Assembly (NCBI GenBank): GCA_018661705.1
Contig: JABJHR010000010.1
Location: 66,911 to 130,910 of the forward strand
Reading direction: 5' to 3'
Source: Candidatus Woesearchaeota archaeon
GTDB taxonomy: Archaea; Nanobdellota; Nanobdellia; Woesearchaeales; DSVV01
Length of the DNA: 64,000 nucleotides
Position 1 is the first letter of the stretch, and each line of letters opens with the position of its first letter. Positions 47,793 to 55,916 of this stretch are shown here, piece after piece. The notes below the pieces were generated by a model. The model was not told the origin of the DNA. It made no database searches and saw only the letters and a list, made by a program, of their open reading frames with translations. The translations under genes and the position numbers were made by a program.

Positions 47793-48410
47793 ATGAAACA
47801 TGATAGTTCAAAGTTACAACTAAGGCTTATTTTATCATTCTATGCAGTAATCATGATTGTATTTGCTAGGCATGCGTATCTTACAGAAGCAGTTACTTGG
47901 TTATGGGATTGTGTTGTTACTTTTTTAGTTGGTTTAATAGTTTACAAATTCAGAAATAAACTTAATTTAACACCTTTATTATTTTTTGTGCTTATGTTTA
48001 GTTTAGGATTGCATACTGCAGGTGTTTATGGGTTGTATGCACAACAATTTTTAAATTTAGATTTTGATCATTACACACATTTCTTTGGAAGCATGGCGAT
48101 GTGTATGATATTAACAAACTGGTTATTGCATTACAAAAGTTTGAAATATAAATTAGGAGTTGTTTGTTTTATTGCGATTCTTATGACCCTTGGAATAAGT
48201 GCAATCCATGAAATAATTGAATTTCTAGGATATTTCTTTTTTGGAGAAGGTGAAGGATTTTTATTTGCAGGGGCAGGTGATGGAATATTAACTTCTGCAG
48301 ACATTGGAGTAAGTGGAACGTATCATAATGCAATGATTGATCTTTTGTTTAATGCAATTGGTGCAGTTGTTGCTTGTATTGTTTTGGGTTTTAAAAAATT
48401 ATTTTTATAA
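47793..48410 (+). CDS. Membrane protein (DUF2238-like)
   Basis: LH..G..GLY, FDHYTHF, HEIIEF and DLLFNAIGA motifs. Confidence 0.7.
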   Translation: MKHDSSKLQLRLILSFYAVIMIVFARHAYLTEAVTWLWDCVVTFLVGLIVYKFRNKLNLTPLLFFVLMFSLGLHTAGVYGLYAQQFLNLDFDHYTHFFGSMAMCMILTNWLLHYKSLKYKLGVVCFIAILMTLGISAIHEIIEFLGYFFFGEGEGFLFAGAGDGILTSADIGVSGTYHNAMIDLLFNAIGAVVACIVLGFKKLFL

Positions 48411-48425
48411 TCTTGGAAAAAAATC

Positions 48426-48576
48426 CTAGCGAAAAATAGCATTCGCAATTGTTAAAGAGTAATAATATTTAATATTTTAATACAAAAAATAACCATGGCC
48501 AGGCGAGGTGAAACCGAGTAGGATTTTTTGAGTGGAACGAAAAAAGTCCGTCTGTGCCTTTGTTGTTATTTTTTGT
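48426..48576 (+). repeat. Element AB B-end plus element C (48481-48576)
   Basis: CTAGCGAAAAATAGCATTCGCAATTGTT, then GGCCAGGC-GA-GGTGAAACC-GAGTA-GGAT..GTCC-GTCTGTGCC. Confidence 0.88.
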
Positions 48577-48621
48577 TCTTATACTTTCAAAGTTTTATTA
48601 ATGTCATTAAATAACTTTAAA

Positions 48622-49002
48622 ATGGATTTACAAAAAAGAATTGAAACAATAAGAAAAAGAGTTGCAGAGAATAAAGCATTTAACCCTAATTGTTTTGGTG
48701 TTGCTTTGTACTTAGCTGGGTTTAGTGATAATTTGGCTTCAATTAGAAGAATAGGTGCTGAAGCTGTCTTAGGAGAAGAATTAACTCTTCCACAACCTGG
48801 TTGTTTTGTTACATTTAGATCCAGTAAAAGATATATGGAGTTACATCACCTAGGAATAATTCTTAATGGCAATCCCAAAGAAATGGCCCATTATCATTCA
48901 AATACAGGCTTAGTTTTAGACGAAAACATAAAGGCATTTCAAGAAAAACATTATAAGGGATATATGGTTAAATATTATCAAGCGAATCAACAAACATCAT
49001 AA
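48622..49002 (+). CDS. Small NlpC/P60-like (papain-fold) hypothetical protein
   Basis: PNCFG ... PQPGCFVTF ... HHLGII ... H. The ORF-track start lies inside the repeat. Confidence 0.5.
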   Translation: MDLQKRIETIRKRVAENKAFNPNCFGVALYLAGFSDNLASIRRIGAEAVLGEELTLPQPGCFVTFRSSKRYMELHHLGIILNGNPKEMAHYHSNTGLVLDENIKAFQEKHYKGYMVKYYQANQQTS

Positions 49003-49044
49003 AAAAACACTAATTTTATATACTATTTTCACAATGGAATGCAT

Positions 49045-49734
49045 ATGAGAACTAAAATCATTGCAACTATTGGCCCTGCTTCTATGAAAAAAGTTAAACA
49101 AATGTGTAAAGCAGGAATGCATATTGCAAGGATTAATACGAAATATGGTAAAACCAAAGAGTATGAAAAGATTGTTTCTGATTTAAGAAAAACAAAATGT
49201 AAAATTATGTTTGATATTAAAGGTCCTATGCATATTGAATGGTTAAAGAAAAAAGATTTTGATTTTATTGCGGTTTCTTTTGCTCAAACAGCTAAACAAA
49301 TTAGAGAAATAAGAAAAGCATTTTCTCCAAGACGAATTAGAATTATCTCAAAGATTGAAAACAGAAAAGGTTTTCACAATTTAGCAGAGTTAATCAGAGA
49401 AAGTGATGGAATAATGGTGGCAAGAGGAGATTTAGGAAGACATGTTCCATTTGAAGAAGTTCCAATACTTCAAAAATTAATTATTAGAAGATGCAATAAA
49501 AAAAATACAATGGTAATCACTGCAACTGAGATGTTATTATCAATGGTTAAATCTAAAATTCCAGAAAGAGCAGAAGTAAGTGATGTTGCAAATGCAATAT
49601 TAGATGGCAGCAATGGAGTAATGCTATCAGAAGAGTCTGCTATTGGCAAACACCCTGTATTAGCTGTCCAAACAATGGCTAAAGTGATTACTTGCACTGA
49701 GAAGAATATGGGTAGATTGAGTGTTTGTGATTGA
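49045..49734 (+). CDS. pyk: Pyruvate kinase, minimal barrel-only form
   Basis: TKIIATIGP, DIKGP, KIEN, GIMVARGDLG, ATEML.SM and RAEVSDVANAILDG motifs. Confidence 0.88.
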   Translation: MRTKIIATIGPASMKKVKQMCKAGMHIARINTKYGKTKEYEKIVSDLRKTKCKIMFDIKGPMHIEWLKKKDFDFIAVSFAQTAKQIREIRKAFSPRRIRIISKIENRKGFHNLAELIRESDGIMVARGDLGRHVPFEEVPILQKLIIRRCNKKNTMVITATEMLLSMVKSKIPERAEVSDVANAILDGSNGVMLSEESAIGKHPVLAVQTMAKVITCTEKNMGRLSVCD

Positions 49735-49921
49735 TTACTTTAAGTGATGTATTAAGCTACAACAAATGTTGTATTATTTTTCATTAATTTTAACCATTTA
49801 GGCGGCTCCGACAAAATGGTCTGTAAACTCTTTTTCTGTTATATTTCATTTTATTGATACTACCAAAACGATAAAATACCATTAATTTTATAAATAGATT
49901 CTTGTTTTTAAATTCTAACGC

Positions 49922-50072
49922 GCCAGCGTGGCACAATCTGGTACTGCGCAAGCCTGGAAATGTGCTTTTGCGCAAAGGTTAGCTTGTTGGCTTCGGCCTA
50001 TCCCGGTTCAAATATCAAACTGTGTTTAATACACAAAAAAACGCAGTTTTTTTGAATGTCCGGGCGCTGGCG
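49922..50072 (+). tRNA. tRNA-Ser(GGA) with two introns (about 49960-49980 at 37/38; 50013-50058 at 59/60)
   Basis: Acceptor GCCAGCG/CGCTGGC, discriminator G, anticodon stem CAAGC/GCTTG, GGA at 49956-58, long variable arm GGC-TTCG-GCC, T arm CCCGG/CCGGG. TATA upstream. Confidence 0.9.
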
Positions 50073-50140
50073 TTTTTTTATCTATCTAAGCTATTTCTTT
50101 CCATCAATTTTAAATATAACAATCTTTATAATATAATTTT

Positions 50141-51520
50141 ATGAAAAAAATGTATTATATTGTTATTATTGTTCTAATTATATTATTTATATTTGTGGCA
50201 GCTCCAGAGAATGAGGAAGTAGTTGAGGATTTGCATGGGCAAGCAGGTGAAGTATACATGCCTGCTGAACAAAACTCTATAATAGATGATATTGAAGAAC
50301 AACCAATTCAAGAAGTAGAACAAAATCAGAAAATAAAGAATGAACCTAAAATTAATCCTCCCTTTGTACCACCACCAATTGAACATATTGAAGAAAGACC
50401 TGAACCACCACAACCTGTTTCTGAATTTCAAAGTTGTGGTGATAAGATGGATTTATTAACTCATTCGCCTTTAGATTATGATGATTTTATTAACATTGTT
50501 CCTTTAGGTAATCTTAATCCTTCTGGACATACATTTCCAACTGATCATATCTATTGGAGATTACGTCCTAAAAATACTAATAAGCCTTACATACTATCAA
50601 TAACATCTCCGTTAATTTCTCCAGGAGATGGTTGGATAACTGAAATAAGTTCTTCAGAACATCTTTATGCTACCCCTACTTTTACAGATTATAGTTTTAA
50701 ATTAGTTTTTTGTGAAGAGTTTAATATAGAATTTGGTCATGTAAGTTCTTTATCTGAAAAATTAGAAAAAGCATTTGATAATGCAAAAAGAAATTGTGAT
50801 AAATATGATACAGGGGGAGGTGGTTATGCAAATTGTTGGACTGAAGAATTAACTAAGTTAAAAGTTTCAGCAGGAGAAGTCATAGGGACAGCTGGTGGTA
50901 ATCCTGATCAAGATGCATTAGATATTTGGGCACATGATTTTAGAATCACACCATTAAATTATGTCAATCCTAAACGATGGGATGAATTTAGTTTACATGT
51001 TGTTTGTGCTTTAGATTATTTTGTAGATGAGGAAAAAGAAAAGTTTTATGATCTATTAGGTGGTTATAGTCCTTCTGCAGATAAAGATAAGAAAAGAACA
51101 ATTGAACCTTTATGTGGAACAGTTGAACAAGACATTAAAGGAACTGCACAAGGTGTTTGGTTTATTGAAGGAACACCACAAAAAGTTTCATATAGTGAAG
51201 ATTCTCATCTTGCATTAGTTACTGATAATATTGCTCCTGACTTTAATGTGTTTTCTGTTGGAACTTCTACTGAAATAGAATCCGATACATATCTTTTTGA
51301 ACCAGAAAAAACAGGAGATGTTAATATTGCATTTGCTGATGTAAGGCCCGGAAAAACATATTGTTATGAACCATTTAAACCTTGGGAACCTACTAAAGGA
51401 TATGGTTTTGTTATTTTATTAGAACTTTTAGATGAAGAAACATTAAAGATTGGAAAAAACCAAGGAAAAAGATGTAAGAAACCTTATTCTTTTGATGATT
51501 ATGTGATGTTTGAAAGGTGA
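50141..51520 (+). CDS. Membrane-anchored extracellular protein, possible M23-like fold
   Basis: N-terminal TM, Pro-rich linker, H..PTDHIY, SPGDG, FGHV and VSAGEVIGTAG. Confidence 0.6.
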   Translation: MKKMYYIVIIVLIILFIFVAAPENEEVVEDLHGQAGEVYMPAEQNSIIDDIEEQPIQEVEQNQKIKNEPKINPPFVPPPIEHIEERPEPPQPVSEFQSCGDKMDLLTHSPLDYDDFINIVPLGNLNPSGHTFPTDHIYWRLRPKNTNKPYILSITSPLISPGDGWITEISSSEHLYATPTFTDYSFKLVFCEEFNIEFGHVSSLSEKLEKAFDNAKRNCDKYDTGGGGYANCWTEELTKLKVSAGEVIGTAGGNPDQDALDIWAHDFRITPLNYVNPKRWDEFSLHVVCALDYFVDEEKEKFYDLLGGYSPSADKDKKRTIEPLCGTVEQDIKGTAQGVWFIEGTPQKVSYSEDSHLALVTDNIAPDFNVFSVGTSTEIESDTYLFEPEKTGDVNIAFADVRPGKTYCYEPFKPWEPTKGYGFVILLELLDEETLKIGKNQGKRCKKPYSFDDYVMFER

Positions 51521-51533
51521 TGTCTGGGAGTAA

Positions 51534-51547
51534 CCACTTCTGAGTAG
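51534..51547 (+). promoter_or_regulatory. YYACT-N4-AGTAG operator
   Basis: CCACTtctgAGTAG, 15 nt upstream of TTTATAAA (51563). Confidence 0.65.
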
Positions 51548-51595
51548 ATATTATTCAAAAACTTTATAAATCCATATGTGATCTTTTGTTGTAAT

Positions 51596-52345
51596 ATGGG
51601 GGAAGACTTTAAATTAACTGAGTTTGAAAGAGTATTAGATTTCCACACACATGTTGGTGAAGGTAGAATGACTTCTTTTTCTGTGTCTCAATTAGGAAAA
51701 GCAATGTCAGAAAGTGGAGTTACGGATGCAATTATTTTTCCTTTTGGTGTTGAAGGTCCAATTTCTGAAACTAAAAGTCTTAAACTAGTGAAAGAAGTAG
51801 AATATTTTCCAAATTTATTTCAATTTTTAAGGTTTGATCCTAAAACAATGACTCCTGAAAGATTATCAGAATTATTACCTTTATTCTATGGTGTAAAACT
51901 TCATTCTAAATCAGAAAATTTTGATCCTATTAATCCAACTTTTTTTCCATTATATGATGTTATTGCTAACTCAGGAAAACCTTTATTGTTTCATACAATG
52001 GTTTGCAATTATCAAAATACTCACCCAGATAGAATTGTTGCCATCACAGATGAAATTCCAGATCTAGTTTTAGTATTGGCACATTTTTGTGATTGTTTTC
52101 CTGGTTTACTTGATAAAATAAAAACTAATGATAATATCTATTTAGAAACTTCCCTCGGAAGATCATCCCCATATTCAATCTGTTCTGCAGTTGATAAAAT
52201 TGGTGAAGATAGAATTTTATTTGGTTCTGATGCACCATATGGTGATCAACTAATTGAAAGATTAAACGTTGAGAGAACTAAATTAAGTTACAAACAAAAA
52301 GAAAAAATTCTTTACAGGAATGCTGCAAGACTTTTAGGGCTTTAA
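51596..52345 (+). CDS. Amidohydrolase_2 family metal-dependent hydrolase
   Basis: DFHTH, GVKLH, LFHT, LAH, LFGSDAPY and NAARLLGL motifs. Confidence 0.9.
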   Translation: MGEDFKLTEFERVLDFHTHVGEGRMTSFSVSQLGKAMSESGVTDAIIFPFGVEGPISETKSLKLVKEVEYFPNLFQFLRFDPKTMTPERLSELLPLFYGVKLHSKSENFDPINPTFFPLYDVIANSGKPLLFHTMVCNYQNTHPDRIVAITDEIPDLVLVLAHFCDCFPGLLDKIKTNDNIYLETSLGRSSPYSICSAVDKIGEDRILFGSDAPYGDQLIERLNVERTKLSYKQKEKILYRNAARLLGL

Positions 52346-52384
52346 TAACAAGTAAATTCAAAAATTTCTTTTCAAATTTTTCTA

Positions 52385-52876
52385 TTAATTCATGACAACA
52401 TAATAAATATCTTTTTCTCCACCAACACCTATTGCATCTCCGTCTGAGTTTGTTGAATATCCATATAAACCATCTTTTTCAACACTAACTTTTCCAGGTA
52501 TCTTGAATGATTGTCCAGCTTCAAATGTGCCGCAGTTAATATTATCTCCGTCTTCTTCACACCCCCAATAATTTTCTTCTGCATTACTTTTAATTCTAAT
52601 TCCAACTGCAGAATAATCAGAAAGATATGGTCTTACAGTATCTGCTGTTGTTACATCATCAACTATAAGAATTTGATAACTACATTTTCCAGAGGCCATA
52701 CAAACAATTGTATTAGGAGCAATAATTCCTTCCACAATTACATCTTTCCCTATTAATTCATTATTTCCAATAATATCTGAAGGTTTGTAAACATCAACTT
52801 CTTGTTCAATTACCTTTTTTGTGCATCCAAATGTTAGAACAATTAATATTAGTAGTAAGATAGTTTTATATTTCAT
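52385..52876 (-). CDS. Putative lipoprotein (OB-fold-like)
   Basis: Lipobox TFGC and GKDVIVEGII. Confidence 0.65.
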   Translation of the reverse strand: MKYKTILLLILIVLTFGCTKKVIEQEVDVYKPSDIIGNNELIGKDVIVEGIIAPNTIVCMASGKCSYQILIVDDVTTADTVRPYLSDYSAVGIRIKSNAEENYWGCEEDGDNINCGTFEAGQSFKIPGKVSVEKDGLYGYSTNSDGDAIGVGGEKDIYYVVMN

Positions 52877-53081
52877 GGTAATATGTTTTATTAAGAAAGA
52901 AGTTTAAATAATTTGTTGTTAACTAGGGATGAAAAAGTAATTCCCCTCTTCTATTTATAGAGGTTTTTAGGATTTAGGTGTAGATTTATGTATCTTAATT
53001 AGCTTAATACTTGCAAAATCATGCAAATTAATTTAAACTTGGCTGCATTTCCTTTAAAATAAGGGGGATGAAGTGATTTCA

Positions 53082-53807
53082 ATGCAAAAACAAGATTTAG
53101 ATGCAAAAGTAGAGGATAATTCTAACAACAGGTGGCTATCTGGCAAATTTGGAAGATTATGTGCTATGACTTCATTATTATTTATTGCATTAACTGGTTG
53201 TGCTGAAAAACCAGTTGAGATTACTGGGAAAGTAACAAGAATAGAGGCTCGTTCTTCAACATCTGATCCTTATAAAAATAAAACAACTGGAGAAATAGAA
53301 CGCGAGTTTTACACCTCATGTAATATATATTTAGATTCAGGAAATGGGGAATACAAATTAGAAATGATTAGTGGATATAGTATCGGTATATGTGATCAAG
53401 TTATTGAAGCTAGTGCAGGAGTTCAATGTTGTGAGGAGTTTAAGTCAGAATATGAAAACGGTGAACTAAAAGAAACAGTTGATTCAACTGATACTGAACA
53501 AGATGTAGATAAAGCAGCTAAGAGAGATCAATGTAATGGTGTTAAGTGTTATTTTTTTGATTCAAATCCTACTGATTACAATTATAAAGCAGTTATTGAA
53601 GATAAATCAAAATCACCGGTAGTTACATGTTCTGTCCATGTTGATGATATTAGTACAGAAACTGGTAGTAATGGTAATGAAATAAAAAAAGTTAATGTTG
53701 ATTATAGGTACTGGATGGAGAAAAATGAATCCTCTACATTTTTAGTTAAAAAATCACCTTTCATGAGAAAAAAAACTGATTTTTTCTTTCACTATTTAAA
53801 GCGTTAA
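53082..53807 (+). CDS. Putative Cys-rich lipoprotein
   Basis: Hydrophobic stretch ending LTGC, several Cys residues. Confidence 0.65.
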   Translation: MQKQDLDAKVEDNSNNRWLSGKFGRLCAMTSLLFIALTGCAEKPVEITGKVTRIEARSSTSDPYKNKTTGEIEREFYTSCNIYLDSGNGEYKLEMISGYSIGICDQVIEASAGVQCCEEFKSEYENGELKETVDSTDTEQDVDKAAKRDQCNGVKCYFFDSNPTDYNYKAVIEDKSKSPVVTCSVHVDDISTETGSNGNEIKKVNVDYRYWMEKNESSTFLVKKSPFMRKKTDFFFHYLKR

Positions 53808-53894
53808 ATAAGTACTATTAGTAACTAATTTTTGCAATTTCTATTATCAAGAACAAATATCTTTATAAATAACATTAACATACTAGACTTTGGT

Positions 53895-53937
53895 GATATG
53901 GTTTTTGGTGGCGACTTCGGTTGCCTCCCAGGAACCA
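53895..53937 (+). other. GC-rich hairpin with C(UUCG)G tetraloop in a 5' leader
   Basis: ATGGTTTTTGG-T-GGCGAC-TTCG-GTTGCC-TC-CCAGGAACCAT, downstream of the TATA at about 53863. Confidence 0.55.
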
Positions 53938-53978
53938 TTTTATTTAATCTTAATTATTTAAAAAAAGGAGGGATATTT

Positions 53979-54554
53979 ATGGAAGAAAATAATGGCTTAG
54001 GTCATGAGTATACTGATAAAGATAATCTTAGTTCTGGTGAGAATAATTCTACTGAAATGAATACAGATGAAGGTAATTCTAATCCAGCTAATAATGATGA
54101 AAACAGTTCTAATGAAATGAATGCTAATGAAGGTAGTCCTAATGAAGTTAATACTACTGAAAATAGTTCTACGGAAATGAGTTCTGATGAAGATAGTTCT
54201 AACATGCCGGATTCTGATACTGATAATTCTGAGGAAGAAATGGAAGAAGTAGAGGTATGTGCTACTTGCAGTAAATCAGATGAAGAATGTAATTGTCCTT
54301 GTGCTAAATGTGGGAAATCTGCAGAAGAATGTCAATGTCCTTGCTCAGATTGTGGAAAAGTAGAGTGCGAATGTGAATGTAGTGATGAAGTAGAGGAAAT
54401 TGCAGAGCATGCTGATGATAAAGTAGATGCATTAGTTTCTTTATTAGTAAAAAAAGGAATTATTACAGAAGCAGAATTACAAAGTGAATATGATGATTTG
54501 TTTGAAGAGGATAAAGAAGAAAAAGAACATCCTGGAGAACCAATCGCAAATTAA
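53979..54554 (+). CDS. Acidic protein with 10-aa repeats and metallothionein-like Cys cluster
   Basis: AAGGAGG RBS, (NSSNEMNANE)-like repeats, CxxC-x6-CxC units and DALVSLLVKKGIITE tail. Confidence 0.75.
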   Translation: MEENNGLGHEYTDKDNLSSGENNSTEMNTDEGNSNPANNDENSSNEMNANEGSPNEVNTTENSSTEMSSDEDSSNMPDSDTDNSEEEMEEVEVCATCSKSDEECNCPCAKCGKSAEECQCPCSDCGKVECECECSDEVEEIAEHADDKVDALVSLLVKKGIITEAELQSEYDDLFEEDKEEKEHPGEPIAN

Positions 54555-54577
54555 TTTTTTTCTTTTTATAATTCTTA

Positions 54578-55483
54578 TTAAATCAAGGATCTTAAAGTAT
54601 TAACATAAGTTGCTAATTCTCTGTCAGTATACTTGTCAGTTTTCACTTCTAAAATAATTGGTAATGCAGAACGTCTGAATCTTTTTATGAATCTATCAAA
54701 GTGTGGTAGGTTTTCAGGTGTTGCAAAGATGTGTTGGTCGTCTTTATAATCAGTACTACTAATATAACCCTCGTTTGAATGAAAATGTAGATTATTAACT
54801 TCACCATAACTGAATAATGCTGCAATTGACATTGCATGATTAAGTCTTCTATGGCCAGTATCGACTGTAATTCCAACATGAGATGTATCTCCAATTAGTA
54901 AATCAATTTGTTTTGGTCTATAACCTAAATTAGACACCCCAATTCTTTTTGGTGCAACCATATTTTCAATATCAAACTTAAAACCATAACCTTTTCTAAT
55001 AATTAATTCATCAATTTGTTTATATAATTCAATTCCTGCATCTAAAGCTTCCTTTTCACTCCATTCAACTATGTCTACTAATTTAAAAGCAGGCGGATGC
55101 ATTGTTAATACTGTTCCAAGATCATATTTTTCATGAAGTTCTCCAAACATTTCCATTCTTGATAATAATAGGGGGTGATGAGATCTATCTGCTTGACATA
55201 AGCCTGTTTCAGCAGTTGGGTCCTGAAAATCTTCAAAAGGAATATGAATTTGTGCTTCAATACCTTTTTTCTTTAGTAATAGCATTATATTACTGGCATT
55301 TTCATGATTAATAGAAAACTTTTGCCCATCAAATGAATACAATTCAATATTACTTTTTCTCTTCAAATGATCTGGTTTAAGTTCAACAAGATCAACAGTT
55401 GGGACATTAGTTACTCTGACTAACTCTTCAGCAGATCTAACATGAAACCCTAGTTTGTTTCTATATTCTTGGTCATTGGGCAT
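54578..55483 (-). CDS. Xylose isomerase/AP endonuclease 2-like TIM barrel protein
   Basis: QIH.P, TMHP, IENM, TVDTGH, LHFH, DQH and ILEV motifs. Confidence 0.8.
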   Translation of the reverse strand: MPNDQEYRNKLGFHVRSAEELVRVTNVPTVDLVELKPDHLKRKSNIELYSFDGQKFSINHENASNIMLLLKKKGIEAQIHIPFEDFQDPTAETGLCQADRSHHPLLLSRMEMFGELHEKYDLGTVLTMHPPAFKLVDIVEWSEKEALDAGIELYKQIDELIIRKGYGFKFDIENMVAPKRIGVSNLGYRPKQIDLLIGDTSHVGITVDTGHRRLNHAMSIAALFSYGEVNNLHFHSNEGYISSTDYKDDQHIFATPENLPHFDRFIKRFRRSALPIILEVKTDKYTDRELATYVNTLRSLI

Positions 55484-55565
55484 AATAGAAAGGTTACAAT
55501 TGGGGTATAAATAGTTTTTGCTGTTTTTTAGACATTTCTAGTAATATTTGACTTAAAAAACAAAA

Positions 55566-55830
55566 TTCACGAGAAACATGTCCTTCGGACCTAGTGTTGT
55601 AGGAGTTATTACTTTCTTTTATGATACAAAAAATAACAACTGGGCCAGATGAGGCAAAGCCGAATAGGATATTTTACAAAGTAAAATGTCCGTCTGTGCC
55701 GTTGTTGTTATTGTTGCTTGATGTTAATCATGTTTAATAATTTCGACTTTAGTCGTAATTATTATTGTTTTTTGCTAATGCTTTGTTTACTAAATAAAAT
55801 TACAATTGCGAATGCTACTTTTCTCACTAA
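55566..55830 (-). repeat. Element AB carrying element C in opposite orientation (55626-55716) and hairpin D (55735-55765)
   Basis: A-end, then C core GGCCAGAT-GA-GGCAAAGCC-GAATA-GGAT..GTCC-GTCTGTGCC, then TAATAATTTCGACTTTAGTCGTAATTATTA, then B-end. Confidence 0.88.
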
Positions 55831-55916
55831 TATTTAGTTTTTTACTTTAATTTAAAGATTGATTAAGATAATTTCGCACAAAATATAAATACTTCTTAAC
55901 TATTAATAACTAAATC

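Noticed and set aside
49790-49975. 61-aa minus-strand ORF
   Set aside because: Antisense to tRNA-Ser and its promoter.
53890-53940. Fluoride or other known riboswitch
   Set aside because: It is a simple hairpin lacking the conserved pseudoknot nucleotides, and the downstream gene does not fit.
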